Notes under the pieces: model-generated | Seen by the model: only the letters and a program-made list of their open reading frames with translations | The model's database searches: none | Told to the model about the DNA's origin: nothing | Source of the DNA: Gammaproteobacteria bacterium | Lineage (GTDB): Bacteria; Pseudomonadota; Gammaproteobacteria; SZUA-21 | Reading direction: 5' to 3' | NCBI GenBank assembly: GCA_003233345.1 | Contig: QILK01000102.1 | Coordinates: 1-57,047 of the forward strand | DNA length: 57,047 nt | Shown here: positions 1 to 10,535 of the stretch, in pieces | Position numbering within the stretch: the stretch's first letter is position 1 | How the letters are laid out: the number at the start of each line of letters is the position of its first letter | Program-made: the position numbers and the translations under genes

Positions 1-1
1 T

Positions 2-808
2 ATTGGTGGCGTATGTCAAGGAGTAGATGTCGTATTTCATCTGGCGTCATTAGTGCACGCAATTAAACAGAAAGGAATAAAAGATGAGGACTACTACCAA
101 CTAAATGTAGAGGGCACTAAAAAAGTAGTAGAAGCCGTAAAAAAATCAACCGTAAAGTCGTTTGTTTATTTTAGTTCAGTCAAGGCAATTGCAGACCCTA
201 AAAAAAAATGTGTTGATGAAAGTTGGCAAGAATATCCTCTGGATGTCTATGGAAAGAGCAAACGTGTAGCGGAAGGCTGTGTGCTCGAGCTAAATGATTC
301 AGGAGTAAATGCATCGATAATAAGATCGGCCTTGGTTTATGGGGAAGGGATGAAAGGAAATTTATATCGCATGATTAATGCGATTGAAAAGAAAAAAATG
401 CCAAATATAAATCAAACTAAGAATAAACGATCAATGATTGGTGTAGAGGACCTTGTTAATTTGGCCATTACTATGGCTGAAAATGTTAAAGCTGGAAAAA
501 ATATTTATTTCGCTACAGATGGTCAAAGGTATTCTACAAAGCGAATTTATAATGTCATTTCAAATGCACTGGAGTTAAGGCCCGGGGTTAAAATTCCTGT
601 GTGGATGATCCGAGTGTTGGGTCTGGTTTTAGGGATACTGGATAAACTTTTACCTTACGCATTACCTGTCAATAAAGACATGGTTAACAAGTTGGTAGGC
701 TCGGCATGTTATGTATCTGACAAGGCGACTAAAGAATTAGGCTGGTATCCAAATTGTACGTTTGAATCGGAAATAAATAATATTATTCAGCACTACAAAA
801 AAGTTTGA
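2..808 (+). CDS. NAD-dependent epimerase/dehydratase (extended SDR), 5'-truncated by the window edge
   Basis: The frame is open from base 2 (IGGVCQGVDVVFHLASLVHA...). It contains the YxxxK motif (YGKSK), FSSVKA and the typical sugar-epimerase C-terminus. Confidence 0.85.
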   Translation: MGGVCQGVDVVFHLASLVHAIKQKGIKDEDYYQLNVEGTKKVVEAVKKSTVKSFVYFSSVKAIADPKKKCVDESWQEYPLDVYGKSKRVAEGCVLELNDSGVNASIIRSALVYGEGMKGNLYRMINAIEKKKMPNINQTKNKRSMIGVEDLVNLAITMAENVKAGKNIYFATDGQRYSTKRIYNVISNALELRPGVKIPVWMIRVLGLVLGILDKLLPYALPVNKDMVNKLVGSACYVSDKATKELGWYPNCTFESEINNIIQHYKKV

Positions 809-933
809 ATGTATGCTCGAAATAGGGTTAGCACTAATATTATGTATACTGTTGGTATTATGGTTGCTGAAAAGAAGTTTGAGATAAAACTGCTAATATC
901 TAAGTGTAATAACTGCGAGTAATTTTTTGTAAT

Positions 934-2856
934 ATGTGTGGGATAGCCGGAATATTAACCAGTGTATTGAGCCAAGTAGAAATATTGGAAACAGTACAAA
1001 ACATGGCCCGTCAGTTAGCGCCTCGAGGCCCGGATGCCGATGGGTACTGGGTAGACGAACACAGCCAGGTAGTTGTAGAGTTGAGCGATTTAGGTGCTCA
1101 ACCGATGCATTCACAATCTAGTCGTTACTGTATAGTATATAATGGAGAGGTTTATAATCATAAATCTCTTAGAAAAGAAATGATCGCTGAGGGTTGTAAG
1201 TTTAGAGGCGAGTCAGACACAGAAGTTATTTTGGAAGCAATCGATTTATGGGGAATCAAAAGAGCTATTAACAAGTTTGTTGGTATGTTTGCGTTTGCAG
1301 TATGGGACAAGCAGAATAGAGAGTTAATATTAGCTCGAGATCGAATGGGTGAAAAACCGTTATATTATGGACAAGTATCGGGGAAATTATTGTTTGCTTC
1401 AGAATTAAAAGCGATTTCGGCCTGTAAGGGCTGGTCGCGGGAGTTGGATCAAAACGCGTTATCATTGTTTCTTCGTCACAATTGCATTCCATCGCCTTAC
1501 TCTATTTATAAAAATATATTCAAAGTGCCACCAGGCGCAACAGTGACAATTCGGTTTGAGAAGCAACAGTTAGCAGTCGAAGAGCCCCGGAAATATTGGT
1601 CTGTTTTAGATAATATTCACCCTGTCAATCATGATATTTCTGCTGATGATGCTATTTCGGAACTGGACGGGCTGATTAGAAATTCTGTTTCTTCGCAGAT
1701 GCTTGCCGATGTACCTTTGGGTGCATTTCTATCGGGAGGAGTTGATTCTTCATGTATTGTTGCCATAATGCAGTCACTATCAAATCGACCCGTGAAAACT
1801 TTTTCGATAGGGTTTAAGGAACAACAGTATAACGAAGCGGAGCACGCAAAAGCGGTCGCTAATTATCTGGGTACGGAGCACACAGAGTTCTATGTATCGT
1901 CGAATGATGCACTGAATGTTATTCCCGAAATGGGTAAAATATATGATGAGCCTTTTTCTGATTCTTCTCAATTGCCTACCTATTTGTTATCCCAACTGAC
2001 ACAAACTAAAGTGACAGTATCACTATCAGGTGATGCGGGTGATGAATTATTTGGCGGCTATGATAGATACTTATGGGGAAATAGAATTTGGAATAGCATA
2101 TCATGGGCGCCATTATTTTTTAGACGACTGACCAGTTCAGGATTGCGTATAGTACCTCCGGGTGCATGGGACAAAGTCTATTCACCGTTTAGTAAGTTGG
2201 TCGCAGAAAAGCGTCGAATTAGAAATTTTGGAGACAAATTGTATAAGCTCGCTTCTGTGTTGTCTCTTAAAAATCCTCGGGAGTTATATACACAGTTTGT
2301 CAGTCACTGGGATGAGTCACATGATATTTTAAAAAAGCAGAATATGGTTAGCGCACATTTGAATGAACAAATTTGGTGTCGGGACGATTTATGTTTTACT
2401 GAAAAAATGATGTATCAAGATATGGTTTGTTATTTGCCAGATGATATCTTAGTCAAGGTTGATCGCGCAGCGATGGCTGTTAGTTTAGAGACCAGGGTGC
2501 CTTTGCTCGATCACCGAATCGTAGAATTTGCACTAAAGCTGCCAATGCATCTAAAGGTCAGAAAAGGTGTGGGGAAATGGTTGTTACGACAAGTATTGTA
2601 TAAATACGTACCTAATACACTGATTGATCGGCCAAAAATGGGGTTTGGCGTGCCTATGGATAGTTGGTTACGCGGGCCACTAAAGGAATGGTGTCTGGAT
2701 ATGCTCGCGAAAGATAAATTAAATCGTGAGCAAATTTTAAATGTTGATATAGTACAGAAACATTTAAATGAACATATGTCAGGTAAACGGAATTGGGCTT
2801 ATTATTTATGGGACTTGTTAATGTTTGAAACTTGGATGGAAAATGAGAAAAACTAA
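934..2856 (+). CDS. asnB: Asparagine synthase (glutamine-hydrolysing)-like amidotransferase of a polysaccharide cluster, with an in-frame deletion in the glutaminase domain
   Basis: N-terminal MCGIAG, RGPD, YNGEVYN, SDTEV, RDRMGEKPLYY, LSGGVDSS, SGDAGDELFGGY, PKMGFGVP. The usual GHRRLSI segment is missing. Confidence 0.9.
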   Translation: MCGIAGILTSVLSQVEILETVQNMARQLAPRGPDADGYWVDEHSQVVVELSDLGAQPMHSQSSRYCIVYNGEVYNHKSLRKEMIAEGCKFRGESDTEVILEAIDLWGIKRAINKFVGMFAFAVWDKQNRELILARDRMGEKPLYYGQVSGKLLFASELKAISACKGWSRELDQNALSLFLRHNCIPSPYSIYKNIFKVPPGATVTIRFEKQQLAVEEPRKYWSVLDNIHPVNHDISADDAISELDGLIRNSVSSQMLADVPLGAFLSGGVDSSCIVAIMQSLSNRPVKTFSIGFKEQQYNEAEHAKAVANYLGTEHTEFYVSSNDALNVIPEMGKIYDEPFSDSSQLPTYLLSQLTQTKVTVSLSGDAGDELFGGYDRYLWGNRIWNSISWAPLFFRRLTSSGLRIVPPGAWDKVYSPFSKLVAEKRRIRNFGDKLYKLASVLSLKNPRELYTQFVSHWDESHDILKKQNMVSAHLNEQIWCRDDLCFTEKMMYQDMVCYLPDDILVKVDRAAMAVSLETRVPLLDHRIVEFALKLPMHLKVRKGVGKWLLRQVLYKYVPNTLIDRPKMGFGVPMDSWLRGPLKEWCLDMLAKDKLNREQILNVDIVQKHLNEHMSGKRNWAYYLWDLLMFETWMENEKN

Positions 2857-2875
2857 AATTTGTCGGATTCGATGA

Positions 2876-3916
2876 GTGGTTATTCTGTTAGTTGCGGCCA
2901 TCGCATTTTTGATATCTTTATTTCTTGCTTATCGTAGCACTCAGGCTACGTCAATTTTTTTTATCCTTGATAATCCCAATCATAGATCGCTACATACAAT
3001 AGCGACACCAAGAGGTGGCGGAATTGCTTTAATAACCGCTGTTGTGTTGGCGTGGAATATTTTTGCATTGACCACACCTACCTTTGATAATTTGTTAGTC
3101 CTAAATGCGTCTGTGTTAACTTTATCCGTGCTGGGCTTGCTCGATGATTTATATAAACTTAAACCGATTATAAGGTTTGCTGTTCACTTATTGGTAGCGG
3201 TTGTTAGTTATTTATTTGGGTGGGGACTGGAATCATTAAAACTACCTGGACTTGAACTTAGTATCCCACCCTCAATTGCAATGATCATTGCAATATTGTT
3301 TATTATCTGGATGCTTAATCTATATAATTTTATGGATGGCATGGATGGTTTTGCAGGTGGTATGACGCTAGTAGGTTTTAGCACTTTTGCGATTCTTGGT
3401 TTTATACAGGGTGAGCAGGTGTTTGCAACATTATCACTAATTATCGCCGCATCTTCATTAGCTTTTCTGTTGTTTAACTTCCCTCCGGCTAAACTGTTTA
3501 TGGGCGACGCAGGTTCAGTCACCTTGGGATTTATGGTATCGATATTCGCATTGTGGGCGGATAATAAGAATATTTTTTCACTGTGGGTCTCAATTTTGAT
3601 TTTTTCACCCTTTATTGTTGATGCGACAGTAACACTTTTTAAAAGGATATATAAAAAGAAGAAAATATGGGAGGCACATCGTAGCCACTATTATCAGCTT
3701 TTAGTGCAAAGTGGCTGGAGTCATAGAAAAACAGTGATATTTGAGTATTACTTAATGTTACTGAGTAGTAGTTTTGCTATTATAGCGGTAGTCTCTAGTA
3801 ACAGAGTTCAATGGTTATTGCTGATAAGCATATTCATTGTCTATATTGTTCTTATAACATTGTATCACCTGAAAAAAAATCCTGAAGAAAATGAAGAGTC
3901 TACAAAGCGTATTTAA
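2876..3916 (+). CDS. Glycosyltransferase family 4 / MraY-like undecaprenyl-phosphate sugar-1-phosphate transferase (WecA/WbpL-like)
   Basis: Multi-TM protein with PNHRSLH, TPRGGG, GLLDD, NLYNFMDGMDG, FMGDAGS and HRSHYYQ motifs. Confidence 0.9.
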   Translation: MVILLVAAIAFLISLFLAYRSTQATSIFFILDNPNHRSLHTIATPRGGGIALITAVVLAWNIFALTTPTFDNLLVLNASVLTLSVLGLLDDLYKLKPIIRFAVHLLVAVVSYLFGWGLESLKLPGLELSIPPSIAMIIAILFIIWMLNLYNFMDGMDGFAGGMTLVGFSTFAILGFIQGEQVFATLSLIIAASSLAFLLFNFPPAKLFMGDAGSVTLGFMVSIFALWADNKNIFSLWVSILIFSPFIVDATVTLFKRIYKKKKIWEAHRSHYYQLLVQSGWSHRKTVIFEYYLMLLSSSFAIIAVVSSNRVQWLLLISIFIVYIVLITLYHLKKNPEENEESTKRI

Positions 3917-5822
3917 TAAATTTAAAAATGGCCTGCTATCGAGCGGTAGTGCTTTTGCTCATGATTTAGTGATGATACCGATCGCTTGGCTATTAGCCTA
4001 CTGGATTAGGTTTAATTTAGGCTATATCCCTGTCGACAATCTTTATCCGGGACTAATTGCGTTAATGCTTGTTGTACCAATTCAAATTCTGGCGTATTGG
4101 CGTTTTGGATTATATCGTGGTATGTGGCGTTTTGCATCTATGGCCGACATGATGCGTATTGGAAAAGCGACACTGCTCGGTTCAGCCTTACTCGTTGTTT
4201 CCCTTTTTATTTTTACACGCATGGAAGGAATTCCGCGTTCGGTACTAATTTTGTACCCAATCATTCTGGTTTTACTATTAGGCGGCCCTCGATTTATATA
4301 CCGTTGGTTTAAGGATCATCGCTTAAAGCCAATCCACGGTAAAAGGGTATTGATCATTGGTGCCGGTAGTGCTGGGGAAATGCTTGCGAGAGATCTTTTA
4401 AAGGAAAAAGTTAATCCATATATGCCTGTCGCTTTTATCGATGACAACCCACGCATCAGTGGTCATGAGATACATGGAGTGCGGGTTGCAGGTGCGACCC
4501 GAAAAATACAGGACGTAGTCAATGAATATGCAATTGAAGTAATTATTTTGGCGATACCCGGCGCCGCTGCAAAACAAATGCGACGTATCGTTAGGCTGTG
4601 TAGTAAGACCGGAGTGCCGTTTAGAACATTACCTCGATTGCAAGACTTTGTAACCGGGCAGTCGACAGTACAAGACCTTAGAGAAGTTTCGATAGATGAC
4701 TTGTTGGGACGCGATCAGGTAGAACTGGATACCGAGGAAATCAATCGTGGAATATTTGGTAAAACGGTTCTGGTTAGTGGTGCCGGTGGTTCCATTGGAT
4801 CAGAGTTGTGCCGGCAAATTAGTAAATATTCGCCAAAAGAGTTGATCCTGATCGATAGTAGTGAATATAACCTGTATCAAATACATCATGAGCTTAGTAA
4901 TTCTGACATGGATATTATCTTGCAAAGACGCTTGGTAGATGTAACCGATCAAGTGGCTGTTGAGTATGTTCTTAAAAAATTTCGGCCTAATATTATTTAT
5001 CATGCAGCGGCCTATAAACATGTCCCAATGTTGGAAGATCAGGCACGTCCTGCCTTAAAAAACAATGTTCTCGGGACTAAAACAATTGCTGAAGCGGCTA
5101 GTAGTTATAAAGTCGATGAGTTTGTATTGGTATCAACCGACAAAGCGGTGAATCCAACCAATATTATGGGTGCAAGTAAACGGGTCAGCGAGCTGATTTG
5201 TCAAAATATTAATAACCGGTCACAAACAAGATATGTAACTGTCCGGTTTGGTAATGTTCTTGATTCTGCTGGTAGTGTGGTGCCATTGTTTCGTGAACAG
5301 ATTAAAAAGGGTGGACCGGTAACCGTTACTGATCCAGAGATTACCCGGTTTTTTATGACGATCCCTGAAGCCTCGCAGTTGATTATGCAGGCAGCCGTAC
5401 TCGGTAACGGTGGGGAAATATTTATCTTGGATATGGGGGAAGCTGTTAAAATTGCAGATCTTGCCAAGCAGATGATTATGCTATCGGGTAAACGGCTGAA
5501 CGAAGATATAGAAATTAAGTTTACCCGTTTGCGCCCCGGTGAAAAAATGCACGAAGAACTTGTGCATGACAGCGAAAAAGTTAGTAAAACCAAGCATCCA
5601 AAAATCACATTGGCAAAATCACGGACTGTTGATTGGGAGTGGTTGGTGAGACTGATAGATGATATCGAGGTTGCTGTCAGTGTTCATGATGAAAATGAGT
5701 TGAACAATATTCTTAAAAAATTGGTGCCTGAGTATGAGCCGCCCAGCTCAACTGACGATAATGTGATTCCATTTGAGTCCTTGCACTCTATCAGTAGCAA
5801 GGACCAATCTAAATCTCATTAA
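3891..5822 (+). CDS. Membrane-bound nucleoside-diphosphate sugar 4,6-dehydratase (WbpM/CapD/PglF family)
   Basis: N-terminal TM helices, GAGSAG, GAGGSIGSELCRQ, HAAAYKHVP, STDKAVNPTNIMGASK, RFGNVLDSAGSVVP, LRPGEK. Confidence 0.93.
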   Translation: MKSLQSVFNKFKNGLLSSGSAFAHDLVMIPIAWLLAYWIRFNLGYIPVDNLYPGLIALMLVVPIQILAYWRFGLYRGMWRFASMADMMRIGKATLLGSALLVVSLFIFTRMEGIPRSVLILYPIILVLLLGGPRFIYRWFKDHRLKPIHGKRVLIIGAGSAGEMLARDLLKEKVNPYMPVAFIDDNPRISGHEIHGVRVAGATRKIQDVVNEYAIEVIILAIPGAAAKQMRRIVRLCSKTGVPFRTLPRLQDFVTGQSTVQDLREVSIDDLLGRDQVELDTEEINRGIFGKTVLVSGAGGSIGSELCRQISKYSPKELILIDSSEYNLYQIHHELSNSDMDIILQRRLVDVTDQVAVEYVLKKFRPNIIYHAAAYKHVPMLEDQARPALKNNVLGTKTIAEAASSYKVDEFVLVSTDKAVNPTNIMGASKRVSELICQNINNRSQTRYVTVRFGNVLDSAGSVVPLFREQIKKGGPVTVTDPEITRFFMTIPEASQLIMQAAVLGNGGEIFILDMGEAVKIADLAKQMIMLSGKRLNEDIEIKFTRLRPGEKMHEELVHDSEKVSKTKHPKITLAKSRTVDWEWLVRLIDDIEVAVSVHDENELNNILKKLVPEYEPPSSTDDNVIPFESLHSISSKDQSKSH

Positions 5823-5987
5823 AAAATCTATTAACACTTTGATTTATATGGCTAAATCATATAAGTAAAAACTTGATTACAGTTTCCCTATAATTTAAGA
5901 ATGGATGGGTAAAAAATACCGGAGTCTGCATTTATGAAATAGGTGGGCGAATGTAAATTTACGCACCTATTTAGAATTGGTTAGAAT

Positions 5988-6063
5988 TGGCTCCCCGGGA
6001 CGGGCTCGAACCGCCGACCCGATGATTAACAGTCATCTGCTCTACCAACTGAGCTACCGGGGA
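5988..6063 (-). tRNA. tRNA-Asn (GTT)
   Basis: Reverse complement TCCCCGGTAGCTCAGTTGGTAGAGCAGATGACTGTTAATCATCGGGTCGGCGGTTCGAGCCCGTCCCGGGGAGCCA folds as a cloverleaf with anticodon GTT and a CCA end. Confidence 0.97.
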
Positions 6064-6208
6064 TAAACTTGGTACTAATAGGCTGCGATATGTTACTGTT
6101 TGTATTGCACTGGGTCAATACCTTTGTGTTTCCTAGCTAAACTGCATACTAATCCTGCAATATCCACGCCTGAACTTCATAACATTAAACTGCAACCAAC
6201 CCAATAGC

Positions 6209-6775
6209 TCAAGTGCTTTGACAGTGTGACAAAAATTGAGGATTTATATCCCGATTGACTTTTATTTGTCCAGCACTATTAACGAGCAGTGACAAGGCAT
6301 TGTTAACGTTCCGGGTGCCACAGAAAATTATCGTCGTGTTACTAAGCAGGGTACTCCCTGTTTTTGTAAAAATAATCTGCAAACGTTGATTGTATGCTTT
6401 GGCACGAATGTAGTGCAAACGATTTTGTACCCGGTGCAATGGTTCGTCACGATCAAACTCCCCATTTTTATTGGTATCGCTAAATACCATCCAGCCCCGG
6501 TGCCAGTCTGCTTGTTTTGAACAAGCAGTGCCAGTGCTTGTTGGGCAAATGATGGAATGGTCTCCAGACTTAACAGATTCACTACGTGCTAACAATATGT
6601 CTGCTGTCAATCGATCCAGTCCGGCAGTGAGTCGCTGTTTTTGCAATGCATCTGTCAGGGAAGGTGTCGCGGCCACGACTATGATGGCGATCAATGTCAG
6701 TGTTATCAGCAGTTCTATAAGCGTGATACCCAAATTATGATTAACGTGTCCGCTATGCTGCAAACGGGTCTTCAT
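6209..6775 (-). CDS. GspH/FimT-family minor (pseudo)pilin
   Basis: Class III signal G|ITLIELL, then LARSESVK, ICPTSTGTAC, DWHRGWMVFSDTNKNG, typical of FimT/FimU. Confidence 0.88.
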   Translation of the reverse strand: MKTRLQHSGHVNHNLGITLIELLITLTLIAIIVVAATPSLTDALQKQRLTAGLDRLTADILLARSESVKSGDHSIICPTSTGTACSKQADWHRGWMVFSDTNKNGEFDRDEPLHRVQNRLHYIRAKAYNQRLQIIFTKTGSTLLSNTTIIFCGTRNVNNALSLLVNSAGQIKVNRDINPQFLSHCQST

Positions 6776-7956
6776 TGATAAAGATTAGCAATGCGCTTTA
6801 TTGATTCTTGAAGGTTTTCCATGCTGGTAGCGTAAGATAAGCGAAGATGTCCACTTAACCCAAAGGCGGTACCGGGAACCAGGGCAACACCAATTTTTGT
6901 TAACAAGTATTCTGCCAGTTCAACATCGTTACTGACCGATTGTGTTTTTTCTATTAATCCAGCGACCGATGGAAAACTGTAAAAGGTGCCATCACTTGGT
7001 AAACAGCTAACACCATCAATGTTGTTTAGTGCTTCAACTACATAATCGTGTCGCGCTTTAAAGGCAGACAACATCGGTTGAATGCAAGACTGATCACCTG
7101 CTAATGCAGCGACGGCCGCTGCCTGGGAGATGGAGGCCGGGTTTGAAGTACTTTGTGATTGTATTTTTTTCATGGCTTTTATCAAGTTATCAGGACCGCC
7201 TGCATATCCAATTCGCCAACCCGTCATAGAGTAAACTTTTGAAACGCCATTTAAAACAACCGTTCGTTCATAGAGATCGGGACAGACAGTCAGAATATTT
7301 TCGAATGGCTGCTCATACCAGGTGATATGCTCATACATATCATCGGTCGCAATGAGAATATTGGGATACTTTTTAAGGACTTCAGCCAGGGCGATAAGTT
7401 CATCTCGCCGATAGGCCACCCCGGATGGGTTTGACGGGCTGTTAATAATAAATAACCGGGTTTTGGCGGTAATTGCCTGTTCCAGTTGCGCGGGTAGAAT
7501 TTTAAAATTTTGTTCTGCACGGGCTTCAACAATCACCGGTTGACCACCGGCTAACAACGCGATATCGGGATAAGACACCCAATAGGGTGCTGGAATAATA
7601 ACCTCGTCACCGTCATTTAACAAAGCCTGGCAAAGGTTAAACATACTTTGCTTGCCACCACACGATACTAGTATCTGGTCTTGAGAATAGCTTAATCCGT
7701 TATCGGTTTTAAACTTGTTGATAATGGCCGTTTTTAACGCTACGGTACCGTCGACCGCAGTATATTTAGTCATCCCGGATTGAATAGCATCAATCGCCGC
7801 TGTTTTAATATGTATTGGGGTATCAAAATCCGGCTCACCGGCGCCGAGTCCGATAACATCTTTACCTTCTGCACGTAATGCTTTTGCGCGAGCGGTTACC
7901 GCAAGCGTCGGGGATGGTTTAACAAGATTAACCCGGTTTGACAGTTTTATTGGCAA
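6772..7956 (-). CDS. aspC: Aspartate aminotransferase (class I PLP-dependent)
   Basis: SPTLAVTARAKAL, GEPDFDTP, NSPSNPSG, DDMYEHI, NGVSKVYSMTGWRIGY (PLP lysine), LRLSYAT. Confidence 0.9.
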   Translation of the reverse strand: MPIKLSNRVNLVKPSPTLAVTARAKALRAEGKDVIGLGAGEPDFDTPIHIKTAAIDAIQSGMTKYTAVDGTVALKTAIINKFKTDNGLSYSQDQILVSCGGKQSMFNLCQALLNDGDEVIIPAPYWVSYPDIALLAGGQPVIVEARAEQNFKILPAQLEQAITAKTRLFIINSPSNPSGVAYRRDELIALAEVLKKYPNILIATDDMYEHITWYEQPFENILTVCPDLYERTVVLNGVSKVYSMTGWRIGYAGGPDNLIKAMKKIQSQSTSNPASISQAAAVAALAGDQSCIQPMLSAFKARHDYVVEALNNIDGVSCLPSDGTFYSFPSVAGLIEKTQSVSNDVELAEYLLTKIGVALVPGTAFGLSGHLRLSYATSMENLQESIKRIANLYQ

Positions 7957-7991
7957 GGTAAAGTTCCCTTAATGAAATAAAACATATTATA

Positions 7992-10034
7992 ATGTCAAGT
8001 GACTCTAAAGCACAAAGACAATTTCTTATGCCGCAACGCAAGTTTAAAATTCAGGCCGACTTCGAGCCTTCTGGCGATCAGCCAACGGCGATCAAGCAGT
8101 TGGTCGAAGGGATCGGTAACGGTCTAGCACACCAAACACTGCTGGGAGTGACCGGCTCCGGAAAGACATTTACCATCGCTCACGTCGTGCAAGCGATACA
8201 ACGTCCGACGATTGTGCTGGCACCGAATAAAACGCTGGCCGCACAGTTATACAGTGAAATGAAAGATTTTTTTCCAAAAAATGCGGTCGAGTATTTTGTC
8301 TCCTATTATGATTATTATCAACCGGAAGCCTATATGGCTGCGTCAGATACCTTTATCGAAAAGGACGCGTCCATCAATTCCCATATCGAGCAAATGCGTC
8401 TTTCGGCGACCAAGGCGTTACTGGAGCGCCAGGACTGTATCATTGTTGCCTCCGTGTCGGCGATTTATGGTCTGGGTGATCCTGAATCCTACCTAAGCAT
8501 GGTGCTACATCTGGTTAAAGGCGATACCATCGAGCAGCGTGAAATTCTGGTCAAATTGGCGGAATTGCAATATACCCGAAATGATTATGAATTAAAGCGT
8601 AGTACTTACCGGGTTCGCGGTGAAGTCATTGATATTTTTCCAGCCGATGCAGATTCTGAGGCGGTTCGGATTGAGTTGTTTGATGATGAAATCGAGTCGT
8701 TGAGTTATTTCGATCCGCTAACCGGGGAGACTCTGCGTAAAACACAACGTCTGACGATCTACCCAAAATCACATTATGTGACCCCACGGCAGAAATTGCT
8801 TGATGCGGTAGAAACGATCAAGGTCGAACTAAAACAGCGACTGGAAATATTGCACAATGAAAACAAACTGGTCGAATATCAACGCTTGCAACAAAGGACG
8901 CAATTTGATATCGAAATGATTCTCGAATTGGGCTATTGCTCGGGGATTGAAAACTATTCCCGGCATTTATCCACCCGCCAGGCAGGCGAGCCGCCGCCAA
9001 CATTGTTCGACTATTTGCCCGACAATGCGTTACTGGTGATTGATGAAAGTCATGTGACCGTCCCCCAATTAGGTGGCATGTATAAAGGTGACCGGTCACG
9101 CAAGGAAAATCTGGTGATGTATGGGTTTCGTTTACCCTCAGCGGTCGATAACCGCCCATTGAAGTTTGAAGAGTTCGAGCAGTTGGCACCGCAGGCCATT
9201 TATGTTTCTGCGACCCCGAGGGAATATGAATTATCGTTATCCGATCAAATCGTTGAGCAGGTCGTTCGCCCCACTGGACTCATTGATCCGGAAATAGAAG
9301 TGCGCCCGGCGGGTATACAAGTTGATGACCTGTTGTCAGAAATCAACATTCGCAGTGAAAAAAAGGAGCGCGTGCTGGTCACTACGCTGACCAAACGCAT
9401 GGCCGAGGATTTAACCGATTATCTCGCCGAGCATGGGGTCCGGGTCAGGTATTTGCACTCTGATATTGATACCGTGGAGCGGGTCGAAATTATCCGTGAT
9501 TTACGCCTCGGTGAATTTGACGTTCTGGTCGGCATTAACCTACTTCGCGAGGGACTGGATATGCCTGAAGTCTCATTGGTGGCGATACTGGATGCCGATA
9601 AAGAAGGCTTTTTAAGATCAGAAGGGTCGTTGATTCAAACCATGGGGCGTGCTGCCAGAAATGTAAATGGCAAAGCCATTTTATATGCAGATAAAATCAC
9701 CGGCTCCATGCAACGAGCGATGGCGGAAACTGAACGCCGGAAGAAAAAGCAAATAGCCTATAATAAAAAACATAACATTACCCCGAAAAGTATCAAGAAA
9801 AAGATTTCCGATATTTTGCAAACCAGTTATCGCCCCAACCTGGGTAATACGCGTCTACACATCGCCGAGGAAATAATCGAATATTCAAGTATGTCAGTGG
9901 CACAGCTGGAAAAGGAAATCAGCCAGTTGGAAGTGCAAATGAACAAGCACGCGCAAGATCTGGAATTCGAGCAGGCAGCCGCTGTACGCGACAAGATTAA
10001 ACATATTCGCGAAGTTAGCTTGGGCATCATTTGA
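7992..10034 (+). CDS. uvrB: Excinuclease ABC subunit B
   Basis: GDQPTAI, Walker [34 protein letters not shown] and a C-terminal UVR coiled coil. An alternative start at 8028 is possible. Confidence 0.98.
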   Translation: MSSDSKAQRQFLMPQRKFKIQADFEPSGDQPTAIKQLVEGIGNGLAHQTLLGVTGSGKTFTIAHVVQAIQRPTIVLAPNKTLAAQLYSEMKDFFPKNAVEYFVSYYDYYQPEAYMAASDTFIEKDASINSHIEQMRLSATKALLERQDCIIVASVSAIYGLGDPESYLSMVLHLVKGDTIEQREILVKLAELQYTRNDYELKRSTYRVRGEVIDIFPADADSEAVRIELFDDEIESLSYFDPLTGETLRKTQRLTIYPKSHYVTPRQKLLDAVETIKVELKQRLEILHNENKLVEYQRLQQRTQFDIEMILELGYCSGIENYSRHLSTRQAGEPPPTLFDYLPDNALLVIDESHVTVPQLGGMYKGDRSRKENLVMYGFRLPSAVDNRPLKFEEFEQLAPQAIYVSATPREYELSLSDQIVEQVVRPTGLIDPEIEVRPAGIQVDDLLSEINIRSEKKERVLVTTLTKRMAEDLTDYLAEHGVRVRYLHSDIDTVERVEIIRDLRLGEFDVLVGINLLREGLDMPEVSLVAILDADKEGFLRSEGSLIQTMGRAARNVNGKAILYADKITGSMQRAMAETERRKKKQIAYNKKHNITPKSIKKKISDILQTSYRPNLGNTRLHIAEEIIEYSSMSVAQLEKEISQLEVQMNKHAQDLEFEQAAAVRDKIKHIREVSLGII

Positions 10035-10068
10035 ATTCAGAAGAACGTTAACCTCTAATTCTATTGGA

Positions 10069-10163
10069 GCCCCTCAGCCGCCAGTCAGAAGTTTTTTTCA
10101 GGACAGTTACGACCGCAGGTTGTTGGCCTGAAAAAAACTTCTGACTGGCGGCTATAGAGGGGC
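10069..10163. repeat. Palindromic REP/MITE-like element, family A copy 1
   Basis: Perfect 27-bp inverted repeat AGCCGCCAGTCAGAAGTTTTTTTCAGG (10076-10102 / 10127-10153) with outer GCCCCTC...GAGGGGC. Homologous to 18094-18189 and 18260-18359. Confidence 0.9.
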
Positions 10164-10378
10164 GTTATCAAAAAGTATTATGTATCCCAACGCCCAACTG
10201 CGCGGAATTTGAGCTACGATTTAATGATGAATTTACTCTGGACACTAGTGGACGTAGGCCAAAATCCATGTCAGCGTGGACTGTTCAAAGATTACTGACA
10301 AATGATTTTTACAAGAGATAGGATATTTGCGAAAATGTTTGTATATTGGGCGCAAATCTTGTATCTTTCTCGTCCGAC

Positions 10379-10455
10379 AGGCGCGTAGCTCAGTTGGTTA
10401 GAGCATCACCTTGACATGGTGGGGGTCGTTGGTTCGAATCCAATCGCGCCTACCA
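10379..10455 (+). tRNA. tRNA-Val (GAC)
   Basis: AGGCGCGTAGCTCAGTTGGTTAGAGCATCACCTTGACATGGTGGGGGTCGTTGGTTCGAATCCAATCGCGCCTACCA; cloverleaf with anticodon GAC. Confidence 0.97.
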
Positions 10456-10535
10456 ATTGAGAAAATAATTTTTATAATATTATTGAGTTTAAAACAAGTG
10501 GTCTCTCGTACCGACCACCACTGAAAAGGAAAAAC

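Noticed and set aside
7957-7991. LexA box for uvrB
   Set aside because: No CTGT-N8-ACAG in the 35-bp aspC/uvrB gap.
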